Positions 41,544 to 51,602 are shown, counted from the first letter of the stretch. The stretch: DNA of 64,000 nucleotides from an uncultured delta proteobacterium (GCA_963842085.1 CAWJET010000002.1:1344001-1408000); one strand, 5' to 3'. Notes: generated from the sequence alone by a model not told the origin. Numbers and translations: made by a program.

Positions 41544-42164
41544 ATGTTTCGTACGAACGTCCGCGCTACGCCAGAGGAGCGCAAACGATCCCTCCCTGCC
41601 GATCTTTTGATCCAGGATGCAGCCGCCACCGTCATGCATGCCGTCACGATCGCCGCGCCGCCGCAGTGCGTGTGGCCATGGCTGGTGCAGATGGGCTCGG
41701 GGCGGGCTGGTTGGTACAGCTACGACTGGATAGACAATGGCGGCCATCCAAGTGCAACCGAGATCATTACTGCCCTTCAGCACATCGCGCCGGGGGACGT
41801 GTTGCCTTCTCTGCCGGGAGCAAGAGACTCATTCATCGTCGCCGCCGTGCAGCCGGAGCTTGATCTCATTCTGACCGTACCTGCCGCCAGCGGAGGCCTT
41901 CTGGTGAGTTGGGAGTTTTTCCTCGAACCGCTTGCTCAACGGCGGACACGCCTGCTCGTGCGCGGACGCGTCAGCTCGCAATGGCCATTGGGTGGAGCTG
42001 GAACCCCGTCTGCCTCGCCGCGCCCTATCGAACGCGTCTATGCGTTGCTCGCAAGGCTTCCGCGCTGGCTGATGGGGCCCGTCGCGCTCTTCGGCCACGG
42101 TATTATGCAGGCGCGACAGCTCCGGGAGATTAAGCGTCGCGCGGAACGAACCAACCTCTTCTAG
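41544..42164 (+). CDS. SRPBCC-like hypothetical protein
   Basis: TIAAPPQCVWPWLVQMGSGRAGWYSYDWIDN, TRLLVR. Confidence 0.8.
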   Translation: MFRTNVRATPEERKRSLPADLLIQDAAATVMHAVTIAAPPQCVWPWLVQMGSGRAGWYSYDWIDNGGHPSATEIITALQHIAPGDVLPSLPGARDSFIVAAVQPELDLILTVPAASGGLLVSWEFFLEPLAQRRTRLLVRGRVSSQWPLGGAGTPSASPRPIERVYALLARLPRWLMGPVALFGHGIMQARQLREIKRRAERTNLF

Positions 42165-42357
42165 TGGCAGCGCGATTTCGCAAGTCCTCATGCCATACGC
42201 GCTGGCCATTAGCAGGGCTACCCGCGATGATTGTAGCCGCTGCCACCCGAGGAAGAATCGCCTCGCTTTGCTTCAGACTACTTGCCATAAAGCCGGGCGC
42301 AGCACTAAATATTGCATCGGTTACGTCGCACAGCTTCTGCAGTAGGAGAGCATTCAC

Positions 42358-42645
42358 ATGGATCGCGACGTGTGGAACAGCCACAAATGGTCCAGCGCTC
42401 GCGGGCGTCAGATCGAAATCGAACCCGGCAAGCCGCTCATTCAACATCGTTGCTCCCGATGCAGGCGTGACTTCGTGGAAGACGCGGCGACCGGCGAACG
42501 ATACGCCGTGTACGTTTCAGTATTCAGCTTTCGGAGACTTCCTGATCCGATTAGCAGACAATGGCTGGGGGAACTGTGTCCGGGCGCACCACTCCCCTTC
42601 GACGTTGAAGTCCGCAACAAGTTGATTGAAAATCGCGTAAAATAG
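42358..42645 (+). CDS. Hypothetical small protein with CxxC
   Basis: AGGAG RBS; HRCSRCRRDF, later ELCPG. Confidence 0.65.
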   Translation: MDRDVWNSHKWSSARGRQIEIEPGKPLIQHRCSRCRRDFVEDAATGERYAVYVSVFSFRRLPDPISRQWLGELCPGAPLPFDVEVRNKLIENRVK

Positions 42646-43060
42646 CCGCCGCCCTAGCGCTTGATTGCTGCTCTCTAACCAGCACGGGATTGGCCGAGCA
42701 CCACATCGCCGCCAGAGCGTCCACTTCGCAAAGAGAACGGGCCAGCGTCGTTGTCAGCCACGCCAGCTCGAAGCCAACTGGGGGAGGGGGGTAAAGCCCA
42801 GCCAGCGATCCCGTCACTACTAAATCGCGGCGCGAGCGCCTATAGCCTAATCGGCTGCGGTCGCAGGTCCAATAGCTTGAGGGCGGCGCGCGATGGCAGG
42901 GCTAGCCGAAATGATCGGGACCGCTGCAACTTCCGCGCGCCCAGGGTCCTCCTGTGTCGCCAGCCCGAAAGACTCGGCCTTTCGCTTTTAATGCAATCGG
43001 TCTACAAAGAGAGCATCCGTTGCCCGGCCCGGTCATAGCTAATCCTAAGGAGAGAATCTT

Positions 43061-43588
43061 ATGGCTGAATTCTCAGTCAACACTCAGCGGTTGGATCCTT
43101 ACAAAAACTATAAGTTCCGCTTGAAGTGGGACGGCAAGTACGTGGTCGGTATCAGCAAGGTGAGCGCCTTGAAGCGAACTACCGAAGTGGTCGAACACCG
43201 CGACGGCGGCGACCCGTCAACGTCGCATAAGTCGCCAGGGCGCATTAAGTACGAGGCAATAACTCTCGAACGAGGTTTGACCCAAGATCTGGCTTTTCAC
43301 GACTGGGCCGGACTGGTCTATAACTATGGCGCTGCGCTGGGCGCCGAAGTCTCTCTCGCCAACTTCCGCAAGGACATCTATCTCGAGTTCTACAACGAGG
43401 CGGGACAATTGGTCCTCGCCTACAAGATCTACCGCTGCTGGGTCTCAGAGTATCAGGCCTTGCCGGATCTGGATGCGAACGCCAACGGGATAGCTATCGA
43501 GCATATCAAGCTGGAAAATGAGGGCTGGGAGCGAGATACCAGCGTGACCGAACCGCAGGAGCCAACGCTGAGCAACGTTGCGACCTAA
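43061..43588 (+). CDS. T4 gp19-like tail tube protein of extracellular contractile injection system type
   Basis: DPYKNYKFRLKWDG, SPGRIKYEAITLERG, RCWVSEYQALPDLDANAN.IAIE.IKLENEGWER; AAGGAG RBS. Confidence 0.92.
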   Translation: MAEFSVNTQRLDPYKNYKFRLKWDGKYVVGISKVSALKRTTEVVEHRDGGDPSTSHKSPGRIKYEAITLERGLTQDLAFHDWAGLVYNYGAALGAEVSLANFRKDIYLEFYNEAGQLVLAYKIYRCWVSEYQALPDLDANANGIAIEHIKLENEGWERDTSVTEPQEPTLSNVAT

Positions 43589-43714
43589 ATGCGCTCCCTT
43601 TCCAACATTGATTTCCTGAATCTTTGGGAAGGCGGCTATCGGCGTCATCCAGTGAATCGAACCCTACTGGCCCTGGCCGCGCGGCTTTTCTTGACTGGTC
43701 CATGGCTGTCGTAA
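43589..43714 (+). pseudogene. Truncated start of the gene that usually follows eCIS tube genes
   Basis: Own translation MRSLSNIDFLNLWEGGYRRHPVNRTLLALAA..., ATG directly after tube stop; similarity recalled. Confidence 0.55.
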
Positions 43715-43779
43715 CACGGCTGATTCAATGAACTGCGATCATTTTGAAAAGGAAGTTCTTGCGCTCAAGCGGAGTAAAG

Positions 43780-43947
43780 ATGAGTAGTTGGACTTTCTAT
43801 AGGATCGTGTTGTTCGCCGCGATCATATCTGTTCTCGGTTGCGCGACCTGGTTCATAACCGGCAGCAGGCTGCACGCGACCATTGTTATGGTGGCCGTAG
43901 GCGCGAGCGTGGCCTTTATGCTTTGGTTCTATCTCGACGAGAAGTAA
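43780..43947 (+). CDS. Small 2-TM membrane protein
   Basis: GGAG RBS, two hydrophobic helices. Confidence 0.55.
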   Translation: MSSWTFYRIVLFAAIISVLGCATWFITGSRLHATIVMVAVGASVAFMLWFYLDEK

Positions 43948-45310
43948 CCCCTGTCTGATCATGAAGCATAGACACGTTCTTGTGCGGTATCGGAAATTTC
44001 ATTCTGAGCTAAGGGAGGTGCGCTAACGATGGAACGGATCGTAAAGTGGATATTTTACGTTGTGATCGGTCTTGGGGTCGCATACGTGTGGGTTCACTTC
44101 GAGGCACCTCACTACGACCCCTTCCGTTAGCTATTACCGGGCGAGCGTTTATCGTCCGATCAGCTGCGGTAGCAGCGCCAACAGCTTGAGCTGGTCGTGC
44201 GCGAGGATGGCAGGGCTACCCGCGATGATCGCAGTCGCGGCTATATCCGGGCGCACACGAGTCTCGGAAGTCTAAGCGGGACGGACGGAACTTCTGTCGA
44301 GGAGAGATGCATCATAATGAAAAATCAACTTTATCGGAGGCGGCCGCCGGAATGCAGCACGGTCACATGACCTCTTTCCGGCTCCGCCACTAGCGCACGG
44401 CGGGCTCGTGCTCTTGCCCTTAATCTGATCCGCTTGTAGATTGTTTCCGCGTTCGGAAAATCTACAAAGAGGTGGCGCAATGAGAATCTTCGTACGACCG
44501 CCAGACCCTGCAGGCCATCCATCCGATGGACTCGCGATGCACGCCTGCACTGTTCTCCGTCAGTCGCATATCTTCTCCGCGCGTCCAGGCGGCATCAGCA
44601 ATGGCTGCGCCGTGGTTCTCGTTAGTCCATTTGACAAGGCGGCAGCGCTCGCAACGCTGGGAAATACTGGCCTGGAAGTGTTTACCGACTAGACCACGCT
44701 CGCGGTCGGCACTTAGGACAGTCAGCTCTCTTAAGCGTTCCCGTACGCCTTGCTCTCCACCACAGTCGACTGCCGCGCAAGCGACCGCGGGCCGACCCGG
44801 AATAGCAAACGCGACCACAATTCGATCGCCGCGGGATACCAGCATGACGGGCGTCAGCGGGTTCGATGTCACCTCCCCGCCTTCGCATCATGTATTTGCG
44901 TAACCGTAGCTGGCTGACCCCCAGTGCCGCGCTTGACCCGCTTAACCGCCGATCAAGGACGCACCCGAAAGACGGTTGGCGCTGCCAATCTGCCGAATCC
45001 GATCAACGAGGTCAACATCGACGCCGAGCTGGACAACCGCTCTCGTTATTCGCCCGTCCCTACAAGCTGTTACATGGCGTGCGCGAGCGATGCATTGCTC
45101 AGGCGGTGGTGTTTTCCCCCTGTGAGAGAACGCGAATAGCAAAGACTCTGAAACTGCTGGAATGAAAACTTGAATTGAGCGTATAAATCCGACTGCGGCT
45201 ATTGAAGGCTGTACTCTAGGACTGAAGCGTATGCGCACACCTACAGGCTTGCCGGTTGCTACAAGCGTGGATTATGGTTGATGTAACGCGAGGACGGCCC
45301 GCGCATCAAT

Positions 45311-46576
45311 ATGGAGATCACTCAAATGCGTGAAGTTTCAGTAGTTGGCGCCGGGATGGTGAAGTTCGGGAAGTACCTCGACACCAGCATGAAAGTTATT
45401 GCGCGCGATGCCGTAAACGGCGCGCTTTCGAGCGCTGGGCTGGAGCAAAAACAGATCGAGGCGGCAGTGGTCGGAAACGCCGCGGCGGGCCTCATAACCG
45501 GCCAGGAATGCATCCGCGGACAAGTCGTGCTGCGCGAGATGGGCGTGGGCGGCATCCCGATCATCAACTGCGAAAATGCGTGTGCCAGCTCCTCGACGGC
45601 GTTTCATCTCGCGTGGCTGTATGTCGCCTCGGGCATGTACGACGTGGTGCTCGCGCTGGGCATGGAGAAGCTTTACCACACGGATAAGAAGCGCACCTTC
45701 GCTGCCTTCGGCGGGGCCGTCGATGTGGAATTGATGCAGCAGATGATCGCCGACATGAACGCGCAACAGGCCCAACTCAGGGCCGCGCGCGAAGCTCGCG
45801 GTGAGGGGCCCAAGAAGGCGGAGGGCGCGGGAGAATCGCGCTCGATGTTCATGGATTTCTACGCGGCAGGCGCGCGCGCACACATGAAGCGCTACGGCAC
45901 CACGCGCGAGCAGTTCGGACGCATCGCGGTAAAGAACCATCGCAACGGCAGCCTGAATCCGCTCGCGCAGTATCAGGAGGTTTACAGCCTCGAGGATGTT
46001 TTGAACTCCCCGGTGGTGGCTGAGCCGCTCACGCGGCTGATGTGTTCGCCGATCGGCGACGGCGCCGCGGCGACTATTCTGTGCGCTTCATCGGTCGCCA
46101 ATCGTTATACGAACAAGCCGGTCAAGGTTCTCGCTTCGCTGTTGTCGTCAGGATCCGATCATGGCTCCGACCAGCCAGGCGTGGTGCCTCGCGTCGCGAA
46201 ACAGGCCTACGAGAAGGCGGGTGTCGGACCCGAGGATCTCAGCGTGATCGAACTGCATGATGCGTCGGCGCCGGCCGAGTTGATGACCTACGAGGAGCTC
46301 GGCCTGTGCGAGCCTGGCGGGGGCGGGAAGATGATCGACGAGGGCGTCACTGAAATTTCCGGTCGCATGCCGGTTAATCCGTCAGGTGGGCTGCTCGCGA
46401 AAGGTCATCCGGTTGGCGCGACCGGCGTGGCGCAAATCTGCGAAGTCTTCTGGCAGCTCCGCGGCGAAGCCGGAAAGCGCCAGGTCTCGAATCCGAAGGT
46501 CGGTCTTACCGAGAATGGAGGAGGCATGGTTCGCGGCGAAGCGGCCGCCGTGTCGATCCACGTTCTCGGGATCTGA
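45311..46576 (+). CDS. Thiolase family protein (SCP2-thiolase type)
   Basis: ENACASSS, ELHDAS, NPSGGLLAKGHPVGATG. Confidence 0.93.
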   Translation: MEITQMREVSVVGAGMVKFGKYLDTSMKVIARDAVNGALSSAGLEQKQIEAAVVGNAAAGLITGQECIRGQVVLREMGVGGIPIINCENACASSSTAFHLAWLYVASGMYDVVLALGMEKLYHTDKKRTFAAFGGAVDVELMQQMIADMNAQQAQLRAAREARGEGPKKAEGAGESRSMFMDFYAAGARAHMKRYGTTREQFGRIAVKNHRNGSLNPLAQYQEVYSLEDVLNSPVVAEPLTRLMCSPIGDGAAATILCASSVANRYTNKPVKVLASLLSSGSDHGSDQPGVVPRVAKQAYEKAGVGPEDLSVIELHDASAPAELMTYEELGLCEPGGGGKMIDEGVTEISGRMPVNPSGGLLAKGHPVGATGVAQICEVFWQLRGEAGKRQVSNPKVGLTENGGGMVRGEAAAVSIHVLGI

Positions 46577-46627
46577 GCCAACTCGGCCGATGACGCGAAG
46601 CATGATCGACGGCACGGGTGAGCCTGC

Positions 46628-47710
46628 ATGAAGCTCGTTGTTCCCGCGGTGTTTCAGAGTGATTTTCTCGATACGGTCGCCCCGTATCCGATCGATCATC
46701 TCTATGGCGCGGCAGGCGGAGACGCCGGCTTGCGCGCGCAGCAATGGTTGGCGCAACCAAAAGCCGATGAGCTTTCCGCGTACGTTGCATCAGCGCACGA
46801 AAAAGGAATTTCATTTTTCTACTGCCTGAACGTTGCCTGTCTCGGTAATCGTGAGTTCACGGCTGACGGACAGCGCTGGCTGGTGGAGCATCTGGGGTGG
46901 CTGGACGATGTTGGCGTCGAAGGCGTCGTGCTTTCGAATCCGTACCTGATTGCCTTTGCGCACAAGCGGTTCCCACGGTTGAAGATCGCGGTTTCCACCT
47001 CGGTGGCCATCGACAGCGTGGACAAGGCGCAGTTTTTCGAGCGCCAGGGCGCGAGAGTGCTCTACCTGCCGGAATTCATCAACCGCGATTTTCCGTTGCT
47101 GACGCAGATCCGCAAACGCACGCGCGCGGAGCTGGTCCTGCTCGCGAATGTTGGATGCCTTCTCCACTGCCCGATCCGCCAATACCACATCAACCTGGTT
47201 TCTCATTCCGGGGAGAGCCTCGAGTTGGGCACCTATGTCGACTATCCCCTCATGTGGTGCTCTGGCGAAAAGGCGCGCGACCCGGGTCAGATGCTGAAAT
47301 CTCCGTGGATAAGACCCGAGGACCTCGGCGTGTACGAAGAGATCGGGATCGATCGATTCAAATTGGCCGGACGCGAAATGGATGGCCCGTGGGTCGAGCG
47401 GCTGACCAAGGCCTACGCCGATCGTCGCTACGAAGGCGATCTCAATGATCTCATCCTGGGGTTCGATCATCTGGAACCATACGGACGGCTGCCGGTGCGG
47501 ATTCCTAATCGGGCTCTCGACGGATTCGCGGAATTTTTTCTCAAGAAGCACGACTGCAGGACGGGATGCCGGGATTGTCGATATTGCGACGATTACGCGC
47601 ACTCGGTGAGCGTGGTCGAGGACACGGGGCGCGACGGTTTCGTGCGCCGAGTCGATCGCGCGATTGAGCGTTTTGAGAGCGGCGCGTTTCGGACCGCCAG
47701 TGGCAAATAG
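46628..47710 (+). CDS. U32 family protein (probable Fe-S enzyme)
   Basis: INRDF, LANVGCLLHCP, KSPWIRPEDL, FKLAGRE, C-terminal CRTGCRDCRYC. Confidence 0.85.
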   Translation: MKLVVPAVFQSDFLDTVAPYPIDHLYGAAGGDAGLRAQQWLAQPKADELSAYVASAHEKGISFFYCLNVACLGNREFTADGQRWLVEHLGWLDDVGVEGVVLSNPYLIAFAHKRFPRLKIAVSTSVAIDSVDKAQFFERQGARVLYLPEFINRDFPLLTQIRKRTRAELVLLANVGCLLHCPIRQYHINLVSHSGESLELGTYVDYPLMWCSGEKARDPGQMLKSPWIRPEDLGVYEEIGIDRFKLAGREMDGPWVERLTKAYADRRYEGDLNDLILGFDHLEPYGRLPVRIPNRALDGFAEFFLKKHDCRTGCRDCRYCDDYAHSVSVVEDTGRDGFVRRVDRAIERFESGAFRTASGK

Positions 47711-47716
47711 CCGGCT

Positions 47717-48892
47717 TCAGGCGGGCCGCACGCGGCGGTCGCGGAGCAGGAAATAAAAACCGGTCGGATCGATCTGCGCGATCAGACCCGAGCGAAGCCA
47801 CCCATCGACCACCGTACCGCCCGCAGGCCCCAGCGCGGACTTGACGCCGAGCTCGGCGGAATCGACCACTTCCCATCCGATGTTCAACGGCGTCCCATCA
47901 GTGGGATTGAGCGGGCGAAGATCAACACTCGGGAGCGGGATTCCCGCGGCGTCATTTAAGAACCACGCTGGATGGCTGCCGACGATTGGGCCGAGATCGC
48001 TTCGGCCAAGCAGGGTCAGTACGTCAGCGCGAATTCTGCGGCCAATTCGCAACCGACGCGAGGTGCTGAACGGCCGCTCGATGCCAACGATCAGTCCCGC
48101 AGCGATCCGTCCCGCGAGAACTTCGGCCTGGCTTTCGTCAAGCAGTAGGCCGGCGCGATTCCAGCCGCACACAGCATAATCCAGCCTGGCCGGTAGATGT
48201 TGGAGCGAGCCGTCCCAGCCCGCATAAATTGTCGCACCTCGATTCATCGCGCCAAGGAGCATCGCGAGAGTGCACCAGTTGGTCGGCGCTTCCAGTAGAA
48301 GAAGAGTTATGCCCTCGGCCAGCAGGTAGAACGCGCCGATCGAAATTCCGGTCGCCACCAGAGTGCGATGGCTGTGCAAGATCTCGCCGCGACCGTCGGG
48401 CTTGGGCATCGCCAGAATCGGCGTTCTGAAGTCCGGGCGTCCGATCCGCGGCTTTCCCGGCCCCGACATGATCTCCTCGAACGTCGCCTTCGACGCGGTA
48501 GTATCGAGAAGATTTTCGCTGACGACCAGATCGGGAACGAAAGCGTCCAGAACCTCTTTTGGCGGCCAGCCGATATGCGGGAAGGCAAGTACGTCGGCCT
48601 CGAAAGCACCGAAGAGCGCGATCAGCATCTCGCTGGGATCGGTCACCGCGATCGCGACGCGAGAGCCCCGCTCGACCCGGCTGCGGATCGACTCGCCAAA
48701 AACTCGTGCCTTGGCGGCCAGCTCTCCAAAGGTGAGGATGCCCCCCGCGCTCACTAGCGCGACTCGATCGGGCGACGACGCCGCGACCGGGTAAATCGTC
48801 GCCTCGCCGACCGTCTTCAGAGGAACATGCGCGTACCGCGGCGTGTCTTCGGGCCAGTAAGCGGCTAGCAATCCTAGTGCGCCCTTGCTCAT
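47717..48892 (-). CDS. AMP-binding (ANL) family-like protein, degenerate catalytic motifs, no C-terminal domain
   Basis: PDRVAL....LTFGEL, ILHSHRTL, GIPLPSVD, DGWLRSG..QIDPTGFYF; P-loop replaced by MPKPDGRG. Confidence 0.7.
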   Translation of the reverse strand: MSKGALGLLAAYWPEDTPRYAHVPLKTVGEATIYPVAASSPDRVALVSAGGILTFGELAAKARVFGESIRSRVERGSRVAIAVTDPSEMLIALFGAFEADVLAFPHIGWPPKEVLDAFVPDLVVSENLLDTTASKATFEEIMSGPGKPRIGRPDFRTPILAMPKPDGRGEILHSHRTLVATGISIGAFYLLAEGITLLLLEAPTNWCTLAMLLGAMNRGATIYAGWDGSLQHLPARLDYAVCGWNRAGLLLDESQAEVLAGRIAAGLIVGIERPFSTSRRLRIGRRIRADVLTLLGRSDLGPIVGSHPAWFLNDAAGIPLPSVDLRPLNPTDGTPLNIGWEVVDSAELGVKSALGPAGGTVVDGWLRSGLIAQIDPTGFYFLLRDRRVRPA

Positions 48893-50220
48893 GCGGCCGA
48901 CGCGGCCTCCTGTTCAGAAAGTATAGGAGGCACGCCTTTGAAACGAAGCGGCAGGTCTCGCACTGCGCTGATCTCCACCGGTACCTCGAACCGTCGCGAT
49001 AGCCTGGCCTTTGCTTCGTCGAGGAGACTCGCGGCTGAGCCTTCGGGCTCGGCAAGGAGGAGACGAAGCATTCCGTTGGCGAGACCCTCGCGTGTAATCA
49101 CCAATGCCGTGCCTCTCAGTTCCGGCACTTCTGTCTCGAGCGCGAATTGAACGTCGTACGGCAGCAAAGTGTTGTCACCGACAGTGAAGCAGTCTTCCCA
49201 ACGACCGAGGAGCTTGATCCGCGGCGACGGCAGGCCGCATGAACATGGCGACCTATCGATGACTCCAGCATCGCCGCCATCGTAGCGCAGATACAGCGAG
49301 CCCGCCGGGATGACACTCGAATGCACCACCGAGCCGCGCTGCCCGTCGGGGACAGGGCGGCCGCTCTTGCGATCAAGTACCTCGGCGTAGCAGGTGTCAG
49401 GCACGACATGGAGACCTTGGGCGTTGATGCAATCCACCGCAAGGAGGTTTTCGCTCGATCCCGCGATCTCCGCGACGCGTTTGATCCGGGTGATATCTTG
49501 CAGATGGGATCGCATGCCCGGTGTGATCGGCGCGCCGGTTACGACCAGCGTCTCGACTCCCGCAAATAGCTGGTCTCCGCTGGTGCTATCGCGTCGCGCG
49601 GCGGCCAGAATCGAAAATACCATCGGCAGGAACATCGTGATGAACCGTGGCCGAAAGGCCAGTATCGCATCGACGATTCGGTCGGCAAATCGCGGAAGAA
49701 AAGTTCCGGAAACCACAACGCATGGATTCTTGAAGTGCATCGCGATCGAGGGCTGGATCGAGGCGTAGGCGTGCCATGCGGGCGCCGACATGATTAACGG
49801 CGTCCCGGGACGCAAGCCCGCCCACCAATGAGCACGACTCGACGAATATCCCTGCAGCTTGCGCCATCGCCGCGTGTGCATGACGAAGGTGGTGCCGGAG
49901 GTTCCTGAACTCAGGCTGATCGTCATGCGCGCATCGAGACCCGCGGTGTAGGACTTGACGCCGAGGAATTTACTTCCGCTGTTTTGCGTGACGGCCAGCA
50001 AATCTTCCTTTTTCGATATCGGGATCGCGTGTAGGTTGTCGAGCGTTCGGAATTGAGTCGGATGGAAACCGGCCGCGGCGAAGCGCTCGCGGTAAAACGG
50101 CAACTCGTCAAACCCAAGCCGAGCTACGCGCTTGAGTTTTCCTGCCCACCATAGGTCGAGCGACGCGGGCGAAAGCCGATCGAGATCGTCGAACGGTTCT
50201 GTCCGCGCAGAGGTCAACAT
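48889..50220 (-). CDS. Phenylacetate-CoA ligase / F390 synthetase-like protein
   Basis: PFYRERF, IPISKKEDL, SSGTSG, GSSE, PVPDGQRG, LRYDGGD, CSCG, LGRWED. Confidence 0.85.
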   Translation of the reverse strand: MLTSARTEPFDDLDRLSPASLDLWWAGKLKRVARLGFDELPFYRERFAAAGFHPTQFRTLDNLHAIPISKKEDLLAVTQNSGSKFLGVKSYTAGLDARMTISLSSGTSGTTFVMHTRRWRKLQGYSSSRAHWWAGLRPGTPLIMSAPAWHAYASIQPSIAMHFKNPCVVVSGTFLPRFADRIVDAILAFRPRFITMFLPMVFSILAAARRDSTSGDQLFAGVETLVVTGAPITPGMRSHLQDITRIKRVAEIAGSSENLLAVDCINAQGLHVVPDTCYAEVLDRKSGRPVPDGQRGSVVHSSVIPAGSLYLRYDGGDAGVIDRSPCSCGLPSPRIKLLGRWEDCFTVGDNTLLPYDVQFALETEVPELRGTALVITREGLANGMLRLLLAEPEGSAASLLDEAKARLSRRFEVPVEISAVRDLPLRFKGVPPILSEQEAASAA

Positions 50221-51107
50221 TCCACGCGTTGCGTCCGAGGTTCCAACGGGCAGCCGCCGTTAATCAGCCTGGCCAGACCAATGTCAAAGCGGACGGCCGG
50301 GCAGGCCTGCGCGAACCGAGTCGTGATCGCGACGTGGCCCGACGACAACGCCTCCGCAAAATATGCGCTGTCCAAATGAAAGGCGCGACAGCCCGCGCAT
50401 TCTCCGGCAATCAGAAACGCCGCATCGGAACGCAAGATACGCCAGACCTTGACCCCGAGGCGCGCGGAGAGCTGGTCCGCCTGACGCCGATTTGCGCAGC
50501 CTTCAACTTCGGTGATCGCAACCCAGCGGACCCGATCGGCGAGATTGACTCCGGCAGCTTCCAGAGCCAATGAGAATGGCGCGGCGAGGTCGCGGCGAAC
50601 TATCAGCATCGATGGTTCGAGAGCTTGGACGATACCGACCATCCTGCCGGCCATCGCCGCCACACCGTCGTTGCACACTGCGGTCAGACCGAGACGCTCG
50701 GCCGCACCCCGACGCAAGTATCCGACGTAACCGCTCGACGCGAGCAGCACCAATGGGCTGGAACCGTAATCGAAAAACGCGATGGCCTCGCCTGGAGCGG
50801 TCCCCCATCGCTTCCACATGCGCCCGATTACACCAGCCCAGCGATCCAACTCGGGCGGATCGAGAGCTATCCAGATGGACGGGTCGGTGGTCGCCTCGAG
50901 TTGAAGAGCAACCTTTGGAGCCAAGCCATGGCGCACGCGGCCTGCGAAGGGGTCGCTGGAATCGGTCGCCGCGAAAGCCTCGAGCTCAGCTAGCCCCCAC
51001 GGCATCGGTCTGGCGTCGGCGCCCATGCGCTCACGATAGAACCGATATTCTGCCAGATTGCGCGAACTCGGCATTGTCGAATCAGGTACTCGCCATGATT
51101 CCGCCAA
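50214..51107 (-). CDS. Short, degenerate PaaK-like protein (start may be ATG 51074)
   Basis: FYRERM, DPFAGR, CAGCRAFH, ACPAVRFDIG; lacks SSGTTG. Confidence 0.6.
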   Translation of the reverse strand: MAESWRVPDSTMPSSRNLAEYRFYRERMGADARPMPWGLAELEAFAATDSSDPFAGRVRHGLAPKVALQLEATTDPSIWIALDPPELDRWAGVIGRMWKRWGTAPGEAIAFFDYGSSPLVLLASSGYVGYLRRGAAERLGLTAVCNDGVAAMAGRMVGIVQALEPSMLIVRRDLAAPFSLALEAAGVNLADRVRWVAITEVEGCANRRQADQLSARLGVKVWRILRSDAAFLIAGECAGCRAFHLDSAYFAEALSSGHVAITTRFAQACPAVRFDIGLARLINGGCPLEPRTQRVEC

Positions 51108-51600
51108 ACGCGGCCAAGATTGCTAGTGTCAGGTTGATGTACGCGAGGCGATCCTGCCAGGCGGAAACCTTAGCCTGTGCAGCGCGCCGTTCTTCGAGGT
51201 CTCGCAGCCCTGCGGCATAGGGAAGTTTCTTGGTGAGTATCGTTCCGTACCAAAAGCCCGATAAGGTGCCGGTGATCAACAGCATCAGCCATGCAAACGC
51301 CATCAATGCGGTCCATTTCAGACGTGCAGTTTCCAAGGCTTCAGTCGAAAAGAGCAGGGGAATTTCCCCCAGCACCCAGGCACGGGCGAAGCCGGTGACT
51401 CCCAGCAAGAAGATTGCGGAGCCGCCCAGCCACATCAGTCCAGCACCGATCTTTTGCGATACAACGGCCGAATGAGCCGGCGGTATGCGGCGCAGCGCCG
51501 GCATCAGGATCCCGGTGTTAAATATGATGGACCCAACCAGCACTATCGCGGCATAAATGTGGATTGCTCTCAGGATCCGGAACAGCACCGCAATACGCAT
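51082..51600 (-). CDS. 4-TM membrane protein (CopD/DUF2269-like)
   Basis: HIYAAIVLVGS, LLGVTG, four hydrophobic helices. Confidence 0.75.
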   Translation of the reverse strand: MRIAVLFRILRAIHIYAAIVLVGSIIFNTGILMPALRRIPPAHSAVVSQKIGAGLMWLGGSAIFLLGVTGFARAWVLGEIPLLFSTEALETARLKWTALMAFAWLMLLITGTLSGFWYGTILTKKLPYAAGLRDLEERRAAQAKVSAWQDRLAYINLTLAILAAFGGIMAST

Positions 51601-51602
51601 AA

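Noticed and set aside
43061-43588. Prophage
   Set aside because: No capsid, terminase, integrase or other phage genes; tube is eCIS-type
44000-45250. Short ORFs upstream of the thiolase
   Set aside because: No family signature could be supported
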